64,000 nt of DNA from Hydrolagus colliei (lineage: Eukaryota). Shown here in pieces: positions 14,535 through 28,606 of the stretch. A model generated the notes under the pieces. It did no database searches, had not been told where the DNA came from, and saw only the letters and a list, made by a program, of their open reading frames with translations. Made by a program: the position numbers and the translations under genes. The stretch is taken from the NCBI GenBank assembly GCA_035084275.1, contig CM068748.1:6882001-6946000 (forward strand), written 5' to 3'. Within the stretch, counting starts at the first letter, position 1. Every line of letters begins with the position of its first letter.

Positions 14535-14660
14535 ATAGACAACTATGCATTTCGCCCACAAATATACAGTCAATTCACTTTATGGTATATTCTGTGAAGT
14601 GCTTTGAGATGTCTAGAAGACGTGAAAAGCGCTGTATCAAATGCATGGAATATATTATTA
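14535..14660 (+). mobile_element. SINE 3' fragment
   Basis: ...gtgaagtgctttgagatgtctagaagacgtgaaaagcgctgtatcaaatgca. Confidence 0.75.
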
Positions 14661-17290
14661 TACTGTATTACTCAACCAATGCTACTATACACGAGTCTAT
14701 TAAATCTACCAGTGGTAGACATATTAAAATTATCCACGAGGATAATTAAAAAAAACTAGAACAGCATTAACAATATGTGCTTTGAGTCAAAACTTATTTT
14801 TGGTAAATTTTATGCTCAAAGCTATGGATGTCAGACTGCACGTCACCAGCTCTATGCACTCTCCATGGTCAGGAGTAGCAAAAGCTCTCATTACACAACC
14901 TCTAATTAAGTCAGCCACTGCACCAGCATGATCCACTTCTACCTCACAGCCATCCTCTTGAATGAGAAAAATGTGGCACATGGTCACCAGTAACTGTTAA
15001 GTCTTCTCAAAACACCCTCCACATAGAACTCTTTACACTCTGCACACTCTACAGCCAGATAAGACTTATCCCACATCTGGTTTGGATTGGAATCTAGATC
15101 CTAAAAGGTAAAAAGCCAATGACTCATTGTGCCTCACTTCATATGTGGTCCCAATTATCTTTTGTTATCTTTTGAGCTCCTCTTGCGGGTGCAGCATCAA
15201 AACATAGCTTGATTTCCCCCCACTGATCCAGCATGAGGGTCTCCAAACAACAATCAGGAAGAACCGTAATAAGACATAAGCTTTCTTATCTCGACGGTGT
15301 TAAGGCAGACTGCAACACCCCTGCTGACCTACTGATGCACGACTACATCTTGATTTATATCCATTTGTTAGGGTATTGGTTTTGGCAGAAGCACAATATC
15401 AGCCAGACAGTGATACATATATTTACTCCAATTCTCTGTAGTCCCACCCATTGAGTACATGTGGGAAAGCCTATAAAGTTCAAGGCAAGTCATTTGCAAC
15501 GTACACATACAAATGCTACAGTTTGGCAGCAATAATGTAGAGACATTAGAGACATGTAGAGGTATTAATGTTTTTTTTCGGGTGAGCAGACTTTCCATGA
15601 CGCTTGAGGAAATTTTGTGCTGGCTAGAAAAATAACCTGATGCTTTGGCCCTCAATATTTAGGCAAATTTGGGCACATAGTGAGGTAATGGCATTACATT
15701 TACATTACAGCATTGGTGCCAAGTTGAGGCTTGGATCAGAAGCATTGATGTAATACAAATGCACCACACAACATTGGACTGTTTATCTTTTGTAATTACC
15801 AACGGAAGGGGTATAAATCAGTCATCCCAGTTTTACATTTCAATCCCAAAAAGTCAAAAGCAATAAAAGAATCCCAAGTTACAAATAATGGCAATTTGGG
15901 ATTCTCAATTCATAGAATTGAATCATCTGTAACAAAGTTGAATTTACAGTTTAAAAACACGTTGAAGCTTTTACACAACAAAGTCTTGAATTGGCCGAAA
16001 AGAAAAAGCAAACAAATGCTTTCTGCTCTCTCATTCCCTCCCCCAATTTCTCTGCAGAGAGCTCAATCAGAAATCCCATGATCAAGCCTCCATCAAGTTT
16101 AAGTTGATGCTTGAAGGAGCATAAGAGTACCAGGATACCTCCCCCTTTCATTTCCTTTCCCACTGAGAAACGTCTGCTACTTGGTTGAGACTGGGAGTTT
16201 ATTCTGATAGAAATCTACCAATTCATGACTGTTGGTACAAGATCCAAGATTGCCAAGTATCCTCATCCCACTATTATTCCTAAATCGATTTTATTGCTAT
16301 GGCAACGGAACAAATTAGACCAGATTAATATCAAACCCTTGTGCTGGACAGCAAGCTCTTTGAATCAAAGCACTATATGAACCAAAAAATGTCACAGGCT
16401 TGTTTGGCACAGCTTTCTGCAAGTTCCCAAATCATCTTCAAAGAGCTGGCTTGGTCTGGAGCAAAAAAAAGATGCCTTTGGAAGAGGAAGACTCAACAGA
16501 GCTCATCTGATGTTGTTAATATACACACAAAGTTATCACTGATCTGCCCTGAACTTCACCTTTAAACTTCCAATGTTTAGATCAGCATTACATCATGCAT
16601 TTCAAATGATTTTGCATATGTAGCACTTGAAAATAAAACCTTCTAAGAGAACATCGGGTATAGCATGAAAAGTGCACACAATATTGGGTTACGTCCAGCC
16701 TGAGGCACATAGCACGTGGGGCACACATAGCTTTTTGCATAGGCTTTACTGAAGACTTGTAATATTTACAGTCAGCAATCGCTTCTCCCTCCAAGCTTTA
16801 ACTTTTTACTAAAAATGTTGCTAACTTCAAAGAACTGATTTGAACTTGAGCTGATTTGAATGTGGCCAGAGGTTGTCGAGGTTAACTGTTTCACAACTGC
16901 TGGAAAGAAGCGGCAGCGATGCAGCCACCATCAACGCACCACATTCCCAGTGACGATAAAGGACTTGAAAATTTACCTTTGTTACCAAGCCTCTTCTAAT
17001 ATGAAGTGCTGAATTTTATTTTTTTTGCTGGCTTATCTGTTCAGGCTGGTATTAAATTGCACACGTTTCTGAGCCTTCACGTCAGAATGCGGACCTCAAA
17101 TGAAGTGTCACTCAACACCAAAGTCAGATGAGGTACGTTCCAATTCGAGATCTAAATCTTTGTTTCAGTGGAAGGTGATCTGGCCCTTTCTTTCCCCCTT
17201 CCATGAGGGCAGAAGGTTAAAAGGGGTATAAACAAAAGAACCCACTCTGATCTTTGTCAGTTCAGAATGTAAAAACACAGACTCATGCTT

Positions 17291-17304
17291 TGAACTTGTG
17301 AACT
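17291..17304 (-). promoter_or_regulatory. DR2 RARE-type motif
   Basis: AGTTCA ca AGTTCA on the minus strand. Confidence 0.55.
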
Positions 17305-18089
17305 GACATTTTGAAGTGCAAAGCAGCTTCTGGCTTATTATGGAGCTAAAGTGGCTTTGCTTCTTGGATAAAGAGATGGAGCAGGGGGAAATATCCAGAA
17401 TCCCGAAGGATTATAGTACTTGAAGAGTTGCTGTGGGTGAGAGAGTTTCAGTCACAAACGTTCTTCTGTTGGATTCAAACAATGCCTTAGAATCCTGCAA
17501 TAAGGCATGTAAATTACCAGGAGCGTCCGTTAACCACAATACTGGCATCGAGGTATGTAAGGAACATCACAAAGCAATAAAAGCAGATAAAACAAGTTTC
17601 ATAAAGCTACATTACCAGCTGGAAACTCAGTCAGACATTTAGTTTGAGAAAATTCTCATTCCCAGTAACATTTTTCAAACTGAAGCCCAAGTGAAAATTA
17701 ACTGGAAAACAGTCTAGAAAGTTGCAGGTGCATACAAGTTATGTTTATACAGTGCCTTTCATTTCAGGAAGGCAGTGACAGAGGCAGGCAAAGTTGACTA
17801 GATAGGGAAAAAGCAAAGCACGCAATCCCAAATGTAGGGTTGAAGGATAGTTGGAGGGGCGGGCAAAGACTGTGTGATGAAGTGAGCATTCTTTGCTGTC
17901 AGGTGAGAAAGTGCTGATATGAAGCCAAGATGGAAATGTCTAATCTGGTTGGTATTCAGCTGCAGAAAATTAATACTACTCAAGAAATCTCTCTTTGAGC
18001 ATATCTTTCCCCCACTCTGACTGATCCAATATAGGTATGAGGAAGTTTTTTAACTCCTTAGAAAGAATGAGGCTTCCTGCCTCTAATGG

Positions 18090-18450
18090 ATGAGTGGATA
18101 AATGCCACCTGGCACACCAGAAAATCACATAAACCAGAAGGTTTCAGATTCAACTCTCTGCTCCGAGTTAGATGAATCTTTGCAGAGCGTTAGTTGGCTT
18201 CGGTTGCTGTGAGTTAAGCAGGGGGGGGAAAAAAAAGCCAGGATTTCTGCTCCTGATCACTACCAGTGAACCTTGCTGGAAAAGTGCACATGTGTGGATG
18301 TCAGTTAACAGGATCATGCACAGCTGTGATGCACTACAAGGGTGGATTAGCCTGCTGACATCCAGACAAGGCTCACACATGAAGTACCACTTGGGTGAGG
18401 TTTATAAGAGTCACGGACGTGCACTGCAGAATTCAACACTGCAGAGCTGC
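18090..18450 (+). repeat. Old interspersed repeat (SINE-like); degraded relatives at ~4290-4600 and ~22800-23000
   Basis: Shared tctgctcctgatcactaccagtga...ctggaaaagtgc motif; family not identified. Confidence 0.5.
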
Positions 18451-18599
18451 TGTACTAAGAGTAAAATGGATGCTGTGAGAATTCAGAATCTGCAGATTTA
18501 GAGCTCCCCCAATTCAACTAAAAAGATTCTGGGGTTTTAGAATGAATGCTACCAAGACAGCAGAACCAGATAAGTTTACAGTGTAAATGGAAATTTCTG

Positions 18600-18805
18600 C
18601 ATAGGTGCCAGGAGGAAGTCGTTTATTTTTAGGAAAAGAAGCTTGGATGGTAATTAATGACTGGAACAGGTTACCAGGAAGCATGGTTGAGGCCATCACA
18701 CATTTGAAAAGCATGATGCTGTGAATGGGAAGAGAGCAGAGCAGGTATTCCAGAAGGATGAGATGAAATGGGCCGAATGGCATTCAAACCTCTTGTGATC
18801 TTGTA
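18600..18805 (+). mobile_element. CR1-type LINE 3' fragment
   Basis: tggaacaggttaccagg...atggttgaggc...gatgaaatgggccgaatggc, typical CR1 3' end. Confidence 0.55.
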
Positions 18806-19225
18806 AATACAAATCCAGTTTTGATCACATGCCCAGCTTGAAGGTATTACGATTTTATTTCATGAGACATTTCATGTAACTACCATTGACATATTCAACC
18901 ACTAATTTCAGTAAGTTGCACGAGGACAGAATAGAATACAGAAATCCATTGCTTGTTCCATTTTTTGAGAAATGGGACTTTTAGTTGTATTTTAGAAGAT
19001 GTATGGAGGGTCATTTGCTCTATCAAACACATGTTCTGTACCAAAAAGATTTAAACACGTATCATTTCGGTTTTCCTTGAACTCAGACTTAGCTGTATTG
19101 CAAAACTCACCGTATCAGTCAGCTGGATGAGTCAGTTGTCAAAATGTCAAAATGTTTCAAGCACATATCAAAATAAAGCAATGAATAGAAGTTTCCTTGT
19201 TCATGAAATTATTATTGTATTACCC

Positions 19226-19259
19226 TGAACTGCCAGTGAACCCTTCTTGCTTATAAAAG
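19226..19259. promoter_or_regulatory. DR5 RARE-type motif next to a TATA box
   Basis: GGTTCA ctggc AGTTCA (minus, 19226-19242); TATAAAAG at 19252 (+). Confidence 0.6.
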
Positions 19260-22200
19260 AGGCAGCTGTTCGTGCGGCTAAAAGCCATGGTTCACTACAA
19301 ATTGACCCTGAATTAAGGAGTAAAAACTTCCTCCTTGCTACTATAACTATTCAAACAGTCTGGAGATAAACAATAATTGAAGTTGGAGGAAACTGCACCA
19401 GAAAAGCCCACTATACTGCTTTGGCAGAATTATAGTAGTGCTTGGAGCATCAAGAGCAATACAATGTCAAATTACCCTAAAATTTCCCCTTACCCAAATG
19501 TAATAGGTCTGGCCTGCCAACTTTAGTACAAACAAAGGCTGATTGTAATGACGCCTAAGCATATGAATATCGAAACATTAACCAACATAAATTTTGCACT
19601 TTCAAAGCTTCGTGTCGGGGCTCTGATGTAGTGTACCTATTTAAATTCTCTGCAAGTCTCCCATTAAATCATTCGCTAAGGAATTGCTGTGGCTCATTTC
19701 AAACTGTAGTTCTTTCCCTTTAATTACAAACGCTCTGAGAATCACTAAATCTGACTAACAAAATGAGGTTTTAGATCACTGCTGGTTCTTTCCACGTTGC
19801 ATTGCATGCAAGAATCTCAAGGCTTTATTAGTAGCTTGCTACCTCTTTTGAATCAGTGCTGTCTCTTCTGTCTCAGTGGTTGGTCTATGGGAGTCAAGCT
19901 TCTGTTCCCAATCTACATACTGCCTTATGCCAGATTAGTCTATGTACACATAATTAAATTCAAGAGTTTCCAAACAGCTCTCAGTGTAATCTTCAACACT
20001 CCCATCATTGAAGCAACAAACCCAGCATGACAGACAGCAATAGACTGGGGTGGGGGAAGGTAGCTAGAATCTGAAGCCCCTCAGGTGTTATAAGCTCAGG
20101 CACAACGTTTATTTGATTCATAGCCGGGGCATCACTGTCAATTTCAGCATCTTTTTTAAAGAAAGAAGTCAAGTCAATAAAAGTTTCATTTACAAGGATC
20201 TTTCCATGTGAGAATATATATATATATTTTAAAAATCCATTGCCTGCAGCAAACCAGGAGCTAAGTGAATGTACCAAAGTGATGCATTCTGCCAATGTTG
20301 ACACTGACAACCTTTCGACAGCAACAGAAGCAGAAGTGTGGCTGCTTCTGATCTCAGGCAGGTGAAGCTCACATCAACCAAATGCAGGCTTGCAAGTAGT
20401 TTTGAGATCACCGACTAGTACAAATCCTCCTTAGTTATTGCCGGACATATCACCATAGCTAATAGCTTTGACCTGCTCGGTCATTTTTAAATGGAAACCA
20501 ATTGCTGTAGAAACTGTCCAATAATAAACAGGTGCAGTTTTTGCTACACTCAAAACAACCAGAAAAATAGCATGTATTAGGCTGAGGCTGGGAAATTGTG
20601 TAAGTTGTTAGGCAGCACACGATAACAGACATTAGAGCTATGGAGGATACAATGTAGGATCACAAGGATGATAAAAGTAAGAGGGGTAGCTAAATAGGTC
20701 ATATATTTCTGTTGGGATAAAGGAAGCATGGTGGGTGATATAACATAAAAGGATAAGGGACTAATTGCACTGGTGGATGATTTAAATCACAATTTTGAAT
20801 CATTGCATGGGTGGCTTTTGGAGTAGAATTGATTGGTGCATTAAAAGGTAATGAGATCAACACAGGCTGAAGAAAGGAAACAAAAATAATGTTAGCAATG
20901 TTAAAATAACTGAAATGGAAAATATTATCATATATTAGGTTATAAGAGCGTGAAAATATAACCACCATAAAAAGCTTGGGTGGTTGCAATTCTTTTCATG
21001 ATCGCATAGTCAGTCAGCATCTCTGAGTCTAGTTCATACATGAAGAGGAACCACAAATCAGCTTGCACCCCGCCTCCCCACCGTCCCACCAAACTATATC
21101 CCAGCAAAGGCAGTGCCTTCAAAAGAAGTGGAAAAGTATACAAAGTAGAAAAGAAGTGTGAAAAAAATCACAATTCTACTAATACAGTAAGCAAAAGCTT
21201 GGAAAGGTTACACTGAGACCAACAACCCTTCAAAGCGAATGGCCTCAATTTAAAGAAAATTAGAATTTCACTGACAGTAGTCAACACAGTATGTGCTGTA
21301 AGATGAAGTATAAAGGAACACACCGGGCTACACATGTACACTTAGTGAGCACACATGTGTGCAATCCAAGTGGAGATCATATTAACCCTATCTATAGGGA
21401 TCCCCAGGTATCAAAGATTCCAGTTGTGTAATATGAAAATGTCATGGTAAATACAGCACCAAATACTAAGCAGGCTGCAGTTTGATCTAAATAACCTTAT
21501 TGGCTAAGAATGAACTACAAAATTTAGCAGCTTTAAAGCTTAGCAGCTAATTACTTTAGCTTTGTGATAGCAACATTAGTCATACCACTAAGACACTGGA
21601 ACAGATTGATATCCTGTTTCATCTTACTAGCTGCATCACATTACATATGTTTGAGTGGAGTACTCAAATGCTACAACTTTTGAATGGTCCCATTTACTTG
21701 ACAAATTAATCTCAAGATTGCTTCAAATATAGTGAGCAAAAGCAGGTAATTTACTAAATTTCTAATTCTGAACAGTTTCCACGTTACAGCTGAATAGTGT
21801 ACCATCAAGGCTTAAAGCGTGCTATAGAAAACTTGTGTGCAAGATTGCAAAGAAATTGGAATAAAGCAATTTGAATTTTGTGCTAAGAGTGAACACTCCT
21901 GCTTTATTTTTTTCCTGTCCAAGTACAAAACAGGATTATTCATATCAAGAGGGATGCTACTTTTACAAATGAAAACCCTCTCTCGTTTCCAGTCAGATAC
22001 ACAATTTCATTTATTTGCTCTCTGAATGTTTTGTTTTGGCTAACTTTCTATACACTATACATCGATTAAAACAAGAATCTTGGTTAATTTTCCCTATCCA
22101 TAAATGAGGAGTACTAAGAGCAAACAACATACCCAGACTGTTGCCCTGGTTGAGATCAGCTAACCGAATGCAGTCTGGCAATCATACCATGCCTTCTGGG

Positions 22201-25200
22201 GTGTATGAGTTTGTGCTAAACTGGGGCAGTGGCTGCCCAACAGGCCATCAAAGGAACATCTGAATGTCCTCAACCAACAGCATCAATGAGGAAATAAAAC
22301 CACCATGCAGCACTTTACAATTGTGCTCACTGTAAATCTAACTTCCTTAGGACTGGGACACATTAACCCGGTCAATCTGATAAGCAGCAACTGTAATTAT
22401 AAAATATCTGTTTGAACATCTGTTGTTGTCTACATTGGGTACAATATGGAAAGAAAAATGTCTCCTGAAGGCAAATTGAGTTTTGTTCAGGTTAAAAGTA
22501 TAAATTTAGACCTTCATCGCTCCCTCCTGCGGCAAAATTGCTTGAATGTGCCTTATTGAATACGTACATCCTTTTACCTCAATCATTACCATACTCTATA
22601 TAACAGAAACAGTAGTGGCTAATTATGTTGAGAAATTGATACAGCAGAATTTCCCAATTTGATGCCGTGACTGACAAAGACCTTTTGCAGTTTTAATGCA
22701 TTTTTCTTAAGTTGAACATTAAATTCTAAATGTTCATTTAGTTCCCCGAAGAGCTGATCAAATGACTCCACTGATGGTTTAGCCGATAGCCACTAGCAAG
22801 TAAGAAATTGAGGCATGGAGATCCAGCGGATTGTGAAGAAGATCCTTGCTCTGTATTGAATGAACTGATCTCAGCTGAATAAGCAGTGGAGCACTGCAAA
22901 TTGACCCTGGCTTAGCAGGGGCAAGAAAAAAAAGATAATAGAATCAAACTGCCGTAGTTCGCTCTCAGAACTGGTCATATGCCCCGCTGGAATACATGTG
23001 CATGTCTGCAGGTATCCGATGGGGACAATCTCGATCCAAAGGTCTTTTGAATACTTTCATTTCCAGGCCAACAGATTAAACATCGGACGGGGGCATCATG
23101 CATGAGTATGCCTTCGGGAGAAGGAGAAGTAAGAGGATGAGAAGGGAAGCAAAAATGCAGATGGAAATGAATAAAATAATCCTCCCCAGGAGGAGGATAT
23201 GGGGAATACCCTTGAAAGGATTATAGCCTATTCCTAGGAAATTTGTGAACCTTGTGATTTCAAAGTCAGACAAGCATATCATTGGGAAATTGAGTACAAT
23301 CTACCATACATTTTAGCAAGTACTTTTCCTTCTAAGCAAAAACTTAGGCACTTTTAGAGGCACTTTTCCTCCTAAGCAAAAACTTTTTCTATCAATTCTA
23401 ACCAGTCTATTTGTTTATTCATGGGTTGAATCTTCTCTCCATCGTGTAATCCGTTCTGATAGAAGTAGAAAATGTTAAAAAGGTAATTCATGTTACAATT
23501 TACATTTATACAGCACCTTTCACTTAAGGAGAACGTCTCAAAGTATTTCTCTGTGCTGGACGGGCACTCAAGCGGGGGTGGGAAAGGGGAAAATGGAAAG
23601 CACGGTTGAAGAGGTACATTTTTAGTCATGCCTTGAAAGAGGCGGAGGGCGGACTCCACAATAGAGTTGAAGAGAGTGGGGGCTGAATGCCTGTGATGAT
23701 TAGGGAAGATGAAGACAGTGTGATTGGAAGAAGTTGCAGTGTGCGGTGAGTACTTAGCGGGATTTAAATGTGAGGAGGAAGATCTTGAACTCAGTCTGAT
23801 GGGGGAATTAGCATAATGCTATTATCTTGAAATTAAAGTAGGTGGATTATATATAGAGCTTCTACTATATATATATACACACACACAAAAATAAATTCCA
23901 GATGCGATTTACATTTCAACATAGCCATATTTACAACATAGAATCTTTTTCATATTATAGATTGCATTTTATGAATGCCTTCCAGACTAAAATCAAAAAC
24001 CTGTACATACAGGCAAAGATTCATTTAAACTCTTCTACCACAGGTCAGAACTGCTGGATTCTGTTCAGCTTCCTGCAATCATGTCACTGTTCATCTGATC
24101 TATTGCATTAATTACATCTACACCTGCAGTAGAAACACAACCAGTACGGTCATGGCTAAAGCAGCCCAATTTCACTGCACCTGTCAATCTATTGCACAGG
24201 CTGGACAGCCATTCAGCACAACCCCTACCATCACTGCCAAGCAAACAATTTGTGCTACATTACATTGATACCCTTCCAATAGTCTAATTACAACCAGAAG
24301 CAGCTCTGACAGAGTGCGAAGGCAGCTAGATAACATCAGGTCACACAGCGAGCAAGAGTTCACCTAGAGCAGCAGCCGGTAAATTATAGTTCACTGACAT
24401 GTTTTTATTTGCTGCAGTCACAAATCCTATTCCAATCTGAACTGGTGCCTGCCTACTTAAACCATAAAAGGTAAAGGCACTAAATATTACTGGTACTGGT
24501 GGTAGCAGTTGCCAGATATGAGCGATCCCTTTCCTTCACTCTTTCCTCCCCCGACTCAAACACCGATGAGATGCTGTCGCCATTCAAAATAAGTACTTAA
24601 GTGATTAAGTGATTAGCTTGTCTGAAGGGGTAGAACCCAAAAAAGGAATTTAACGGAGGATTCCCAGAAACCGAGCCAAGCTTCCTATTCAGCTTAACTG
24701 GGCTACTTGATAAACAAAGACACCGTAATTAGGTTTCATCCATTTTATTTACAGTTCATGACCTTGTGCCTTTGGAAATGGGAATTTTTGGGTGGTTACG
24801 CTATGATTACCATTTGTGGACAACTATGTACTTTACAGTTGTACCCTTAAAAACAATGAACTGCGCCCTTATTTCAGTCAACATATCAAGGATTAATCGT
24901 AGCACTCAATAGATTGCTTATTCCTTGAACGTTTAAGGCATCACTCCATCTGTAAAATAGCTGCAATAATATTTGCTCTGCCAGTACTGTATTGATGGAG
25001 CATTTTATTACCAACATTTGACCAATGCGGGGACAAATTTTACTGCAGTGAATTTTCCTATTTATCAAACAAATGGAATAGCTATTACATCACTGAAAAG
25101 CAACACTCTGCCTTTTACCCTGTGCAAATTGTGCCCTCGTGTTGCATTGTCACTGACAACAAGTGCATTCACCATGTGTCAGAAAGTGGTTAAACACATT

Positions 25201-26234
25201 AGCCTTTCCCCTTTTGAACAGTTTCACATTTTTCCTTCATTCCTGTCCCTCACTCCCCTATTTATGGTTCAAAAAAATTGTATTGCTCACTTTAGGATAT
25301 GGATCCTGATGGACTCATTGGAGGACCCCGCTGGAAAGAGTTCCTGAGTTTGATGGTGTAAAGAGTTGAATTGATACCAGCAGAAAAATTATAAAGGCTA
25401 TCTGAATGCTGCAAACTGTAGCCAGAGAGCATAGTTCGAGATTCTGAAAGGTATTCTGCAGTGCCATTTCTCGAATACAAACTGATCAAACTATCCTTGA
25501 AATACTAGGCATGGATGAGAAATAACTGCTAGGAACTTTGAGAGGAGACTCTAGGGATTTGCAACAATATTGATTCAATGGATTGAATAATAAAGAGCAT
25601 CAATTCTTAAAACATCATGAAATCAGGTTCATTCATAGGATTGTAATTGCACAACTCTAATACAGCTTTTAAAATAAATACAGCCTTCCTGTGGATTTTG
25701 TAATTTACAGAGCAAATGACAAAACAGTAAGGATTACTAGTTGTAAGTTTTCTCTACTTAAAACAAGACAAAGTAATTTATTTTAGCTTCACATTTACAA
25801 TGACTTAAACATACAGCTCATGGTATAAGGCAAATGTTTCCTTCTCTAGCAGATTAATGAGTTATTTGGAAGCTTCATGCAATTTGAACCTCAATTTCAA
25901 TGCAGTAAACCCCGGGCTCCAGGTATTCGGAATTCGGACCGGGTTCCAAACCAAATTATTGATATTAAAATTTCCAGACTCACATGTACAATTCTGCCCT
26001 ACCTCACCATGCTTGTGAGCCATCAGTGGCCAGGGATGGACTTGATCGGTTTGAAACTCGTGAAAAGATTTGCTATGTTCTGTTCACGGGATTCAAACAA
26101 TGTCGGTGCGCAAAAAAAAACTTAAATGCCAATACCAGCATTGTAATTCCACTTAAAAATGCCTGTAATAGATTTCCCCCCCTCTCCTTTGCCAGGCTAG
26201 TGTAGTGCATTCTAAAGTACTGTACAATACTCAC

Positions 26235-26383
26235 CAAATGCACTTAATGTGTACTCCTGACCATTGTATCCAAGCGTATTTCCATTATCAGACACAATTG
26301 GTGGAGGAATACCCTTCATCTTGGCTACATTCTGTAATAGCTGGGAAGGTTTCAGTTGATCGCGCCATGCATTTATCCCAGAT
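26235..26383 (-). CDS. MYOF: MYOF exon (~45)
   Basis: 149 nt; SGINAWRDQLKPSQLLQNVAKMKGIPPPIVSDNGNTLGYNGQEYTLSAF. Confidence 0.94.
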
Positions 26384-26719
26384 CTGTATAAAATATAAAA
26401 ACGTAATTAATACATCAAACATACTAACAAAAAAAATTGGTCAATCTTCAATATATAGGATTCGTTTATAGAAAAGTAAAAAAACAAAGGACTGGATGAT
26501 ACATTGGCTGACACTGTCTGGGCTGGATTTGAGTTCCAGATGCAGAATGAATTTTCCAGTCTTCGATGAAAGAGGATCTTAACTGAAATGACTTCAGAAT
26601 TCGCAAGCCAGTTCCCAGTACTTGGGAGTGTTCAAAGCCCAAAACTGTCCAGGATTACAAATTTGCTGACAGTTGGCACTCTATTTCACTCATTACCTAT
26701 TATATAATTATTATTATAT

Positions 26720-26773
26720 AATTTTTAATTATATAATAATAATTATATAATTATTATTATATAATTAAAAATT
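26720..26773. repeat. Perfect 54-bp AT-only palindrome
   Basis: Sequence equals its own reverse complement. Confidence 0.9.
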
Positions 26774-26837
26774 TTTTAATTATATAATCCTGGAAACACT
26801 ACCATAGAAAGTGCCGTACCTTAGATTCAAGTTACCA
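26774..26837 (+). repeat. 64-bp exact duplicate of 29673-29736
   Basis: ttttaattatataatcctggaaacac...ttcaagttacca identical at both sites. Confidence 0.95.
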
Positions 26838-27272
26838 TGGAAAGTTGAAATGTCACAGTGATACAGTACATTGTACTCTGGAATTAAGGCCCAATTTTTG
26901 CTATACTAATGGGAGCCTTAACCTCCATCTACTCATGTATAATCTGGCAGTATTTGATTCAGCAGCAAATGAATGGGGTTTATTCTCATCTTGACATCTC
27001 ATCAATGCTTGCTAAGCAAACGGAGCAGACATCTACAGAATAATTTTTGTATACACGAGGATGTAAATGTGCATAGATCTTTGCAACTGGCACATTCATT
27101 TTTGATTTGTCTGATTGTTTACAAAGAAGAAGAATTTTATAGCATTGTGAAGACAATTCAATATTTTTCATACGCATTCAGTTTCAGTCATTGTTTGAGT
27201 TTCACTGGTAAAGGCTAAGGAACAACTTGTCAGGATCCAGTCCTGGATTGCCTGCTGCTTATACTACTACTA

Positions 27273-27556
27273 CTAATAATAATCCTTGTATTTGATATAA
27301 TGCTTTTCACATGTTATCGATGTCTCAAAGCACTTCACAGAATATGCAGTAAAGTGACGTGACTGTATATTTATGGGCATAGCGCAGAATTGTCCACAGC
27401 AGTGTCCCACAAACAGTCATGGATTAAAGTGACCAATTTTATTATTGAGTTTTTTTTTGGAAGGATTATTATTAGGCGTGTGGAGTAAGGAAAGTTGCCC
27501 AAGGCTTCACTCTGACATGCCTAGATCCGAACACAAGTCTCACGCTTGAAAGGCGT
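27273..27556 (-). mobile_element. tRNA-derived SINE
   Basis: Reverse-complement copy of the 607-913 family. Confidence 0.8.
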
Positions 27557-27853
27557 ATACCATTCATTAAATGATTGAGAATGCTGCTTTTATAAAAAAT
27601 TATAGAAATAGAATTAAGAATTCTTGTTTTTTAGCAATAAATGAATTGGACAAATTCAAATGGGCATGCAAAATGTCAGACTGTGTTTAATACAATAAAT
27701 CCCAAGTATCTCATTGGCAGAAGAAATGTGTAGATGTGCACTCAAAAGCAAATCACAATTCACCTAGTGAAACAGGATTTCTGACTTATCTCAATATTTT
27801 TGGTGTTAAAAATGAACACAAAATTCTATATATGGATAACGTGTTATGCTTAA

Positions 27854-28156
27854 GGTGGCAAGTGGGGTAAAAAATTAAAAAAACATATTTTTTTCATGTC
27901 AAAGTGTACTTTGAACTATATACTTTCAGAAATAAACTATTTGGATTGGTGAAATAAACTTATTTCCAAAGAAATATAGGGAATGTGACATATGAAATAA
28001 GTTTTATTGTTGAATTCTTATTCTTTACCCTATATTTCTTTGGAAATAAGTTTATTTCACCAATCAAAACAGTTTATTTCTGAAAGTATATAGTTCAAAG
28101 TACACTTTGACATGAAAAATGTATTTATTTATTTATTTTTTACCCCACTTGCCACC
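27854..28156. mobile_element. Foldback MITE, TTAA target-site duplication (Kolobok-like)
   Basis: TTAA|GGTGGCAAGTGGGG...CCCCACTTGCCACC|TTAA; ~128-bp inverted arms. Confidence 0.85.
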
Positions 28157-28390
28157 TTAATGTTCAATTTTCCCAATATTTTCATGGAGAATCAGAAAAA
28201 AATCTGGCTACTGGAATTATATTATTTTAATGGTGAAACTCTCAAATGCATAAGCCTCAACAAGATAATTTCAGTAGATCTCGTGTTGTAATAAGCATAT
28301 CATGCCCACTACTTTTGTCAAAACCAGATTTCAGCTCATTTTTAAAAAAAATCTTGAAGCAGATAGAATTGGTTGTTAAATATGAACTTA

Positions 28391-28606
<216 letters not shown>

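Noticed and set aside
16977-17008. 32-nt AG/GT segment encoding LHIRRGLVTK
   Set aside because: Poor pyrimidine tract, not frame-preserving, and similarity to exon ~46 is too short to be meaningful.
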